Shown here piece after piece: positions 1 to 12,400 of a stretch of 64,000 bases of DNA; position 1 is the stretch's first letter; each line of letters opens with the position of its first letter. Below the pieces are notes generated by a model, which made no database searches, was not told where the DNA came from, and saw nothing but the letters and a program-made list of their open reading frames with translations. A program made the translations under genes and the position numbers. Source of the stretch: Ascidiella aspersa. Lineage: Eukaryota. The DNA lies in NCBI GenBank assembly GCA_963924565.1, contig OZ004615.1:18662001-18726000 (forward strand), read 5' to 3'.

Positions 1-472
1 AATCAATGAGAAAGAAAATACAAACAAAGCCTTTTAAGTGGTCTCTTGGTTAAAGCAAACACAAATTTGTTTATTTTTATCGTTGACTGGCATGTCTTGG
101 AAGTTTATCCTTGGTTAGGCTATAAATTTGCAGAAGTTTTTATCAAAAAAAATATATTTAGGCAAATTATTAATTACGAGATCGCAATTTTGTGAAACAT
201 ATCAACTTAATTGCAAAAAATTAAAAATATTTCATTATTTGAAAAAAAATGTTTGCTGTTAGGTGTTACTGTTTAAAAGAGAGTGGTAAATAAATGCTGT
301 TTTTACTCTTTTAAATAAAGTAGTTCAAAAAAATATAAAGGTAATATGCAACTAACTTAAAATAAATAATTCTACCCATTAAAAACAAAATGTGTCTGAT
401 TAAAATGACTCTATTTTTTGACATTGTTTAACATGTACAACATATTAAAGTTCTCCATTTTGTGTGATAAAG

Positions 473-3400
473 GCTTGCCGTAAAATGAACAACAATGGCC
501 AATGCGTCCAAATCTGTCCCGATGGAACCAAGATGAACCCAGACAGCGCTGAGATTCAAAAAGAAAACACCACATTTCAGTTTGCTCGCTACTGTGTAAC
601 ACAGTGTCCAGGTGATTGAAAACTGTTACATGGCTTTATTTCAATGTTTTGAAGTTACTCAATTAAAATCTCCCTTTTAAAAACAAATAAAGGTGGCAAT
701 CTTGATAATAACTATTTGCATTTGAAATGTTTAGAAGATTCTTAATTTTAGTTAGAAGCTGAATTTGCAAACTTTTTTTCACTATTTTAATGATGCCCTG
801 CAGCAATGTTTTTGACAGAACTATTAAAATTTAGATTGATAACACTCTGTAGATTTTACAGGACTTTACCATAATCAATAATAATTTATTTTTTTAACAA
901 GCTTAGCAAGCACTGAAGTCTGTGACTTTTTATTTTACAGAAAATGTACCCCAAACTGGTCGTTACTGCAAGCGATATTGTGAACAAGGAACTTTTGACT
1001 ACGGCGATAACAAATGCACCCCTTGCAAAACCAAAAACTGTGAAAACAGTAAGAGCAAAATAGATGTTTTAACTAGCTTCTATATAAATTTATGAAACTG
1101 GGCTGTAATGATGCTTTCTGTAAGTAGAAATCTAGTATTTTGCATTCTTTGTACTGCTCAATGACTATTAATATGGTAAAGTTTTTATCACTATAGTTAT
1201 TTATATATAACTTATAATGTAATGGTGCCATTCTTGGCTAAAATTTGCATTGTACATTTGCTTGTTTGTCTATTTCACACTATTTTTAACACACATAGAA
1301 GTCATGCCATGTCTATGTTTCTCTATGCAATATTCAATTTTCTTGGCCTAAAATCTGTTTCAGCTGTCTGTAAACATAGCAAGATTTAGTCTCTTGTAGT
1401 GTATACACCGGTGTTTTGTAACCAAAAATACTACACAAACAGTCCTTTGTACTTTCTCTCCTGCAAAATTATTAATGGTCATTTGCAGGGAGCTAGCCAT
1501 TTGTAAGGCAGTATTTTTTGAAAGGTGAAGTAATCCACACTTACCTTGCAAGCAACTTCATGTTTGCACAGCGCCAATATGACAGTGCTAAATTCGCTGA
1601 CCAAAAAGACTGAATGGCTTATTGAAGAGTTGTGGTGCATGGATCGCTTTTTAACAACCACAAAGACCACCCAGCAGTATTTATTTCAGTTTTCTTTTTT
1701 TTCAGTTTGCTATGGTTTGGGTGTCAATCACGGGCCACTGAAAAACAACAAATGGATAGATGCGTCAAACATTAAGTACTTCAACAAAAACTGTACTATT
1801 ATTGAAGGAAGCCTTTTGTTCATCAAACTCACTTTCAAGGGGTATGTTAAATAAGCCAATTTTTAAAGCTATTTTAATATATATATATATATCAGTATTT
1901 TAAATACTTTGTGTAATTATTGCTTAGTGGAATCGTGAGGCCAAGAAAAGATATTTTTTTGGCAACAGGTTGTTATTCTCCTAATTATATTTTGGTTTGG
2001 TAGGATGAATATATGTTTTTTTAATTGTATTATGTTTATTAAACAAACTGTTTTAATAGAAACTTATTTTGTTTTATGTTTAAGTATAACACATTTAGAT
2101 TTGTCATAATTAACCACTAACCAAGTGTTAAGTTTCAGTGATACTGAGTTTCTAGTTATTTAAACCATTTTCAACATTTCAAAAAAACTTTTTCTTCTAA
2201 AGAAGTGTTCTGCCAACTACATCTGGAAACAATGAAAGGTTGTAACAAAGCGCAGTTATTTTTTGCTGCTGGCCAATAGGAAATGTCATGCAATTTTTTT
2301 GATTTTAAAGTAAAAAAAGGTGGATTGAAAAAAATGGAGTTATGTACATTAGACGACGGAGATTAACCACTGGCTTGCAAAGTGTTCATTAAAATCAATT
2401 TCCAGAAATCTTTTTTCGGTCCACCTTTTTCGGAAGTAAATTGCTGTTACACATGTTTGACCTTTGCAGCTCGCCACGATTTGTCAAGTGAAGAACTTAG
2501 CATTTTTTTCAATGTTGCATTGCTGGCGTTTCGGTTAAGCGCATAACTTTTTATTGTGGCGCATTTCTGTTGTTTCTGCTGCTGGCTGAGCACAACAACA
2601 CACATTGTTTTTCTTTCGCAAGCACCTGTGGCCTAGTTTTGGTCGCACAATGATTTGTACAAGACCAGTTACTAGCTATCGAAGCATACATGGCTCGATT
2701 TCATGCGACAGCATATGGGACGTCTGAGCTGACTACATATTACGTGCAAAAGATTAGGATTTTTTAGACTCTCACCCAACGCAGGAAGCTATTGACAAGC
2801 AGCCTTGTTAAGCCACATGCCTCAGCTTGCTGTTGCACGTTTTCAATCCCCTTTCTTTTTCTGGACAGCATTTTGCAGATTAGACGTTTGTGATGAAATG
2901 ACTCAGTCAATGTCTGCCAACTAGATTCCATAATAAACATGGTCATTACATCAGGTACTCTCTAAGGCAGGGGTGGGCAACCTTTTTAACACAAGGGCCA
3001 GTTAGAAAATGTAATGCTTACAGGAGGGCCACACATCAAATAAACACTAATTCATATTTTGAGCATTTATTAGAAAAACTAATGAGCTACTAGCTGCAAC
3101 TACGACAGTTTTGTCAGTGCTGTCTATTGTGAAATGGGAAATACCTTTTCCTACAATTTCAATGACGCCTTTCTTGTACGGATCGGCTCAGTTAATTAAC
3201 AGCCATAATTCAAAACCAGCTGTTAAACATAACATCTCAGTCAATATGCGTGGCAAAAGTCTGTTACACCTTGACCCTACCAGATAAGTGTAATTGTTGC
3301 AAAACAATTATTTATCATAACAATGTGACACAAGTAAAACACTTTATGAATGAAGATTGTTGTTATTTTGCTTCCCATTCGAGTTCAACTGCATTAGTGT

Positions 3401-6400
3401 AGTGGTGTAGCTTATGGGTTACATCGCACTTCAAACAGGAAACTGATAGAGCAAAAGTTCCAACATGGTGCACGCTCAAATGCTCCTTATTTAGGGAAAA
3501 ATAGCTGAAAGAAGGTAGAGGGCCGCACAAAAAATGGAATAGGGCTTCACGTTTCCCACCCCTGCTCTAAGGGCTTATACTATCCGAAGACAAACTTTAA
3601 CTAATCTGAATTTTCTACATATATAATTTTTTGTTTATGGCCAACAGCCAAGGGCGTTGCATAGTACAAAACAAGTTATCCTATTTAAGAGTTTTGCTGT
3701 ATTTTACTCTAACTATCAGTTTGGCTGTTTCTTTTTTTCTGTTTTGGTTCTTCCTTTTGATTTCTATTTTTGTTTCCCTCAAATATTTAAATTGTTTATC
3801 TGATTTTATGCTACCGACATAAAAAAGATATTATGGGATGAGCATTAAGAAAAGAAAAGCATTTCTATTTGGTAGCAGTTACTTAGCAAATTTTAATAAC
3901 CAAAGGTGTTATTATTAACTTTAAGTGTCCGAGAGTCTTTGGGTGTATTAACCCTAGTTACCTTATGCCTGTTACTTTTATTTGTTTTTTTGTTTTTTGC
4001 TTTTTATTTTATTTCCCTTTGGCGCTTGAGCTAATGCCATTTTGTTGATACATACTGTTTGTTTGGAACACAGTGGCTAGGGTCATGGTCAATAGATTTT
4101 TGAAAAACAATCTTTAGCCTTTGCATACCATTAGCTGACTGACAAAAGAAATATATATTTTTGAAACACACCAACAACAAATTTATTATTTTGCAATCAA
4201 TTCTGAGCGAACAGTTTCTGATAGAAATTAGTAAAAAAACAGCTACTAAAATTGTAATGTTTTTTTATTATTTATGTTGACTGTAAGTTTAAAAGATCTA
4301 CTGTGATATAAACAAAATAAATATCTGTTAATAAAACGTGATAGTTGAAGCGTGTTTCTTCAAAATTACAAGTGATTTTTAGCACCTTTAAAAAGGTTTA
4401 TGGGTAAGTTTATGTGTGACATGTCTAATTTTATATATATTTGCCAACAGAGATCAGTACTGTAAGATTGGTCAGCTTGCCTTGGATGAAGTTAGGGAAA
4501 GGTTCCAAAATGTACGAGAGATTACTGGATATCTTTCGGTTGAGTTTTGGCAATATCAGGATCTTTGCTTGTTCAAGTAGGTCTTTGATATCTGAATATA
4601 GATTTTATCAGTCCAAACACTCCTGAAATCCATCAAACAACTCCACAAAGAGTGTTTTTTGTGCACTTATAGACATGCCAACAAATCAAGATAAAACTTA
4701 GTTGTCCCTTATAGTTTTTTTAATCTGTATGTGTGCTTATATTAGTATTTAAAATGCGGCTTCCTTTACTAAATAACTACTAATTTATACTGCATGCCTG
4801 TTTGTAAACTGTATAAAAGTGTTAAAAAAAAATTATTTGACCTAAAAGTTATTTGTATGTTTAAGCTTGGCATTACAGCAGTCATGTTAGATTTTTTTTT
4901 TTAAATACAATTTGTTTATTCTTTTTTGTGTTTGATTTGTAGAAACTTACAGAGAATCCGTGGTAAAGAGTTAAAAGAGCAACGTTACGCTCTAATTGTC
5001 TACACGGGCAGCTACAACCTACATCAGCTTTGTCTCAATTCTCTCACTAAAATTGACAACGGTATGTTTACAACTTTACAAACCATAATATACATGTGAA
5101 ACTGCCGGATTCTTACATGTAGAAACTTGTGTCATTTAATTTGGTTAGTTGCTGTATCTTGAATAATACACATGTTATTTCTAGTTTTTGTGTATTATTG
5201 TGGAGTAGCTGTATTCCAAAAAAATCTTACTATTCGTCATTGTTATTAACAGGCAAATGCATTCATGAAACAAACCTAACTAGTGCTTTGTTTTGATTTA
5301 AATGTTTGAAAATGTTGTCTGTTTAACAGCATAGATTCCATGTAATCAACAGAAGTTGTTTAAAAACCATTTCAATATTTAAAAATCCTACCAAGTCATG
5401 CATTTCCAATTTTTAAAATCAATTACCAAAAACAACACTTAAATATCAGCCATTCAAGTGCCAGCCAATGGCTGTACACAAGTAACTGCCAAACATCAAT
5501 TAGTGTTTTGTTGTTACTCCCCCAGCGCACTCTTGTGTGTTGTGATTTCTTAAGGTTAGCTCGCAGTTGTAGTAATGAGCCGACTCCCACTCTGTGAAAA
5601 TCATCCTACACCCTAAAGTTTCCTGTGCGCCTTTCTGAGAATTGTTATGTCCGACCAGAACACTGTGCTTGGAGACATGAACTAATGGGGCCATGCTGCG
5701 AACAACACCAGTCATTATTTACCTTTTCCATTTGCTCAAAGGAAAATTTTACTTTATAAAGGACTTTACAAATTGTAGTTACATAGTCGTTTAGTGAACC
5801 AGAAATTTGATAGCTGCATACAAGCAATCTTGGTGATTTTTTTATTTTAATGCGAATATCAGGCAAAACATATACTTTTTTAACAAGTCGGAAAAATAAA
5901 TTTCTAAAAACTTCCTTTGCCAAGCACCAAGTTTGTCAATAAAAGGCTTTTTGTAGTTTTTTTTTTGTAGGTTGAAGTATTATTAATTCATTTCATTTGT
6001 AATGTATAAACACAACTTGAAAAAGTTGAACAGTTTTAAACACGGATACATGTCTCATTAATAAACCACTTACCACTTGACATTGACAATAATTATTGTT
6101 TAAATATGGCCCTGTCTGCTGTAAACATTACTCAGGCACAAGTGAAGGCTGACATTGCTGTGAAAGTCAACAAACCTAATTGAACTTTTGTTTGCTGGTA
6201 ACCTGTCAGGTGGTGCTCTCATTTACTCTAATCCCTACCTCTGCCACATCAATACAATTGACTGGCAGCGGGGTATACTGCATCACAGTACGCATTTCGA
6301 AAACCTCATCGAAGAGAATGGCAAATTTCCCTGTTGTGAGTCTAAATGGGATTCAGTTGTAATAACACTACTTTGCAGTTGTCCACTAGCAAAGTCGTTT

Positions 6401-9400
6401 ACTAACACAATTTTATTTTCTGGTGTCTTTTATTTTAATTGGGTTTGAACAGGAAGGTAAAATACCTCAACTTGCTTTTCCTGATAAAACTAATGCAATG
6501 GTTGGTAAATTTCCAACATTATATCGCTATATAGTGTTTATTTTGTAGACCACTAGATTTTTTGATAGTGTTGCAATTTGAAACTGGTGTATATGTATAG
6601 TCCAAATTAAATCTTGTGCTGAATGCACAAGACTGTACAGAAGTAGGTTAACTTTTGGTATATATATGTTAAAAATGGTGATTTTTGTTTTTTTATGTTT
6701 TTTACCTATTGTATAGTTTCCTGTTAAAGAATCAAATACAAATATTGCAGGAATAACATATGATTTTTTCAGGTGCATCAACAATTTTTTGTTTTCCGTT
6801 TTTTCCTAACCCTGACAGATTTTTTATTTTTTTTAGTTACGTTAACAGTCCAGAGGCTTACAAAAGTTATGTTGTCTGCCCTTGTTATTTTCAGGAGTCG
6901 CGCATATTTTTCAAAACATCCGACTCTGTTATGCTAACACAATTGACTGGCTGCCAATTACAAACGCCAGTGATGAGTTTACGATCGCTCAGAACCAGGC
7001 CCCATCCACTTGTTGTAAGATTTCCGCTAGATTTTGATCACGTTTCAGTTGTCGTTCGGTTCAGTTTGCTTGGATTTTCTGTTGTTTCAGTTGTTCGTTA
7101 GTTGCCATGTTTTCCGTTGTAAACCTACATTTGTCTTGTGTGATGGAAACTGTTCGGTGAAAATAGAGAATGCATTTCGAGTTCGCCATATTTTGACACC
7201 AGGAAATATAGCAGAGTGTGATTTCCAAGTCAAAATTTAAAAAAATATTTAGATCAAAAACTGGGATAATCAAAGTAAAATTTAATTGCTAGTGTCAAAA
7301 ACAAGTTTCTAACAGTTTGGCACACCACTTAACCCACTGTTTGGGATGTTTTTGTACTATTTCTACAAAGCAAGAAGGAACACTCAAACTTAACCTTTTC
7401 ATTGGTAATCCATCAGTGACAATGGTTTTTCTATTTTTCTATTTACAAAATATCAAAAGCCTTACATTGTCGTCAAGCAAGTACTGTAATCCTCCTACAA
7501 AAACGGAGAAACGCTTAATAGGGATAATGCCAGCCTATGGAGTCACAATTACCTACAATTGGGGTCCGTATATAATAAGGGGTAACCCTCTGTTTGATAT
7601 ATCACATGTAAAACCCATCCTTGGTAACAAACCATATATTTTGACTGTATCTTTCAAGAGTTTTTGATGGATTGTTTTGTGTGGCATAGAGCATGCCCAT
7701 CCCGGATGGTAATTACCTGTGATATTTCAATGTTTCCCTGTGTTTCGTCTGTTAATAATCGATACTCAATGTTTTGTGCGTCACTGCCTACGTTTTTCAC
7801 TGGAACCTGACGGTTACTCAACTGAAAACTTAGAAAATGAATGTTTGCTTATCGAATAACAAATCAATGCTAAGCATTAGTGACAGCTATTTTGTGTTTA
7901 TGGGAAGTGGTTTTGTATTTTCCTTGAAATGAAAACCTGTACTGCCATAATATAGTAGGATATAAAATGTTAAAAGAAAACACAATAAAAGGTAATGCAA
8001 ATTGTAGCACTACCTAGGAAAAGAAATATTGATTTGTAAAATTTAAAGGTGTAAAACTATGACACAAATATATGCTTTAAAAGAGCATTTTTTTATATTT
8101 AAACGGTTTGTCTAAATTTAAGAGTCAAAACTTAATAAGAATTGTGCTTTGCATAAAATTCTCTGTCAATAAAACTCACGTTTGTTTAAATAGTCTCAGC
8201 AATGACTGATAGGTGTAGGATAAATCAAAACTTTTTTAATTTTCATAGCAGTGCTGATTTTTTCTTTCTCACCATTATTATTTGCTGTTATTATGTTATT
8301 TTGTTGCCTGCATGCTTTTTTGTTGTCTGTACCAGGAAACGGACATATCTACAAAAACCCTTACCTTTGCCTGACCAATGAGATTCAATGGGAAGGGATT
8401 TATAACCATTCAAAACAGTACACCACAGTGAAGAAAAATGGCAAAAAGGGCTGTACAGATGGTAGGAAATCGATAACTTATTTTAATTTACAGTGCCTCT
8501 TTATCAAACCAACAAAACAGCAAATTGTCTTGATAGGAGTTTTTTGCATGTTTTATGTAAAAAATATCCTTGTTTAATTTTTTTAGTAACTTCTTATATG
8601 TTTTTGCATGCTGTATTGGCTTTTGATGTTTATATGTCTACGTGCTGTTGCTGATAGCATTTTGTTTGGGGTTACATGTGTTAGGGAAGGCTACATTCCT
8701 TGTATTGATAGCCTTTTATCTTAAGTATAATGTAGCCGTTGAATGACTGAAGCCAGACAAGAATCTGATCTATGCCTAAGGGTATTTTTCTCACACTTAG
8801 AATTAAGTTGTCAAAATGTTTATAGATGAACAAATAACTTTGTTTATAGATTAATCAAATAAAGATCTCAAATTTGCATGAAGTTGCATTCATAGTATTA
8901 GGCAAGTTAACTTATATATATTAAATAGTTCCCACAAATAAAAAAAATCATTTCCTCTTTAGTATATTTTCTTGTCATTGGGGGTTATATAAAATAAAGA
9001 AATTCCAGAACATAGTTAGTGTGTAGGTAGACAAGAAACAAACACCAGATAAATTTGGACAATTTTTTTGAACTATTTAGCCAAATGTAACGACAACTGT
9101 GCCTCGGGCTGCTGGGGCCCTGATTCGACCCAGTGTCAGAGCTGTAAGTTCTACGAGGATTACACCAACAGCGATGGAAACTTTACTTCAAAGTGGATTC
9201 CCGACCCTAAAACTGGACTTAATATGCCCGGCTACAATCAGACCAATTGTGTCACTGAATGCAATTTTACAAAAGGGTGAGTTATCAATTTTTTTGTTTG
9301 TATCTGTTTGTTTTTATGAAAGTTATGAAGTTGTATAAAATGCTGGCAAATTTCTTGCTGTTTTAAACCTTTCGATGAATGGTAGAATTTTCATTTTGGT

Positions 9401-12400
9401 ACCGATGGGTGTAAAAGTGTTTTTCAGAGGTTTGTGAAAGAGCTGTTTTAAACAATGTTTTTCTTACTTTAACCCCAAGGCTGTCACAGGTGTGGCATGA
9501 AGAATTTTTTTAAATTTGCATGTTTTTTAAACTATGTTTAAAAACAAGAAAATGCTAAAGTTTTAAACCAATTGAAACAACACCAGTATAATACTTTTAA
9601 ACAAACCCAAATGTAGAAATGTCAAAGTTAACCATTGCAAGTAAAGTTAAAAATTTTGCTGCTTATATTCAGTAGACATCAACTATCGGCCCAACCCCTC
9701 AAGCTATCCTAAAGCTTTCAGTCCAAGCAGTTTTATTCAGTGAACCTGTATCATCCCTAAACACCCCTTATTCAATCTTGCCATTGCTGTTCCTATTTAA
9801 TTTTCTTTGAACACTGTCTCGCCATCAGCGTGTCCACTAACACAACAAGGTTTTCTTTAAAGCCGCAAATCTTATTGTGCTGCGATGATGCGATGAATTA
9901 TTAAACACGCTCATTGTTGTCGGATGTCACCTTCCTAATTTTCATTTTTCCACTTGCAATTCATCTGATTTTTTTTGTATTTGCTAATAGAGCATTTTAA
10001 AACACAGTATGTAGGCTTTCTTTTTTAAACATATTTTTAGAATTTTTCTTAAATACCTTTTTGAAACTAAAAATATATGACAATTTGTTTTACAAGCTTG
10101 TTTTTGGCGCTCATTGCTTTTGAGAAATTAATGTTTAGGAATTGTGTGGAACTATGACCGATTTTTTCGGTATCTATTTTATTCCTTATGACATATTTTC
10201 TAGACACTGCAATACATTTAATTACCTTTAATTTCATTGCCATGTAGATTGTACTATTTGCTCTTAAGAGTAATTTTAATGCATGTTTCCACTTTTTTAG
10301 AGTTTATGCAACAACTGACATGAAGTGCTATCCTTGCCACCCGGAATGTAAACAGACATGCAATGGACCAACTGCATTTAACTGCACCAAGTAAGAATAA
10401 TTTAGTGCTTTAATTTTTTTTTTCTTGGCTGAACCCTCCTTAAAGCAAATATTGACCGTCATATTATTTGCGTTTTATTCTTTTTTCACAATCCTGTCAA
10501 GCAGCAGGGTTGTGTTGCATGAGGATCGTACCTCGCTGGTCACCAAACTGATATAAGGGGACCCCCCCTTAAGCAAACAATACCGCATTGTTTGATAACA
10601 ACGCGCGTTTGTCATTGTTGTAAAGACGCTGCAAATATTATTATCAATAGGAAATAAACACGCCGCAGTGTTAATCATGTTGGTTCGTTGGTAACGTTAT
10701 CAATGCGATTCCCTTACGGCTAACCATGGCTTACAGGTAGCTTAATCCGTTTTGAAAACTCAGAGTTTATGTTTTCCCGTTGATTGATGTTTTTCGCCGC
10801 GTTTTGCCACTTTAGAAACGCCCTTTAGTGCTTTCAATCGCTCTCCAACCGATAAAAAGATGTGAATTGAACGGCGCCCGTTTTTGTTGGCTGAGAAGGG
10901 GTAAACAAATAACTGTACAGCGAGAAGTGGTGCCTTGCCTTTTCGTTGCGCGCTGCAAAGCTGTTTTCTGTCGCCGTGAATTTACAGCAACGTTTCTCAG
11001 CGTGGCATTCGCGATGCCCGCCCGATTTCTGTGCCCATCAAATCCTCGATATGTTGCTCGAGCGCTCGCGGCCTTTTCCTAAAACCTGCAATCCTGGCCA
11101 TGAATTATTAACGTGATAGCTGCGCGATTTAGTTGCGGTCGAGTGCGATATGGCTGTTGCTCGAACATACTTGAGAGGCCGAGAGAATCTTACTCGCTGC
11201 CTTCAGGGTTATGAGTTATCGCTGAACGCTTAAGTGTGTTTTGTCGGTTTCGGATTTAATCATAAAAATAGGGCTTTATCGTGGCCTTCGTTTCTGATCT
11301 TTGGATGAGTGAATGTTTTTAAAAAAATATTGCCATTTGTCGCCTGGTTCACCCCTAGTTTATTTCTTTTATTTTTGTAATCACTTTAGTTCATTCCACT
11401 ACCTGTTTAACTTTAAACCTATTTTATTGAATAATAATCTGTTTAAATTTGTATTTACCAAACCGATGTGTTTAACTATATTTTATTGCAAATACGGTCA
11501 TTTTTCCCTTAGAACTACCGAATATTATAACTAAAACAAAACTAGCAATGTATCTGAACCTATACCCGATGTCAAGTGGTAGGATCAGTACTCATCCGAT
11601 ACTAAGATGGTATCGGTGCTGATCCGGTACTAAATTAATATGGGTATTTTAGTTATGATTTCCCACCTAATGTAGCAATTTCTACCCTAAAAGGTAAATA
11701 TATATAAAAAAAAGTAGGTTGACAAAGTGGGCATATTAACTTTTTCACGCTAAAGCGATCTTTGGCCTATTTTATAACCTGGTAAAAATTATCGTTGACC
11801 GTTTTAATTTAATCCATTTTGTTTGTTCAAACATAATGACGTCATTGGAATCGGATCGTATCCCGATGCTTTTTGTCTAAACTTTCGGATATCGGTATTA
11901 GATTAAAATGTTAAGCATCGGGCATCCCTACCTAAAACATGTCCAGACCACCCGATATCAATTATGAATTGAAAGCAGTGCGTTGCATGCATACCCAATG
12001 AGCACTAACACTTGACATTAAAAAGTTTCCCGTGTATGCATAGATCAGTTTGTTTTTCTCCAGGTGTAAGCACTCTATCTTGAACGGTGGTTGCGTTCCC
12101 CAGTGCCCTACGAGCCACTACACCGACATGAACGGCACTTGCGTCCCCTGCCATTCTTCCTGCATCGACGGAGGGTTAGTTCTTGTTCATTCGTCTTGTT
12201 TTTTGTCGCTTACGTTTAAATGGATGTCCGACGGATCCTTTAGAACGCGGAAGCCCTATTTTATTTTATTTTAGTAAAATGTTAAGTTACTTTACACCAG
12301 GGGTTCTTAAACTGGGGTCCGTGAACTAGTTTTAGGGGTCCATAAATGCACATTTGAAATGTTAGTGTATATTTAAGAAGTAATTATTTTTTTCAAGAAC

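Noticed and set aside
6336-6448. Read-through of exon A to a stop, giving a secreted receptor
   Set aside because: Strong gtgagt donor; a short open tail is expected by chance; no independent support.
7317-7667. 116-aa ORF with [11 protein letters not shown], superficially a fourth L2 alternative exon
   Set aside because: No adjacent AG acceptor and it lacks the invariant LC, W and terminal C; at most an unrecognisable relic.
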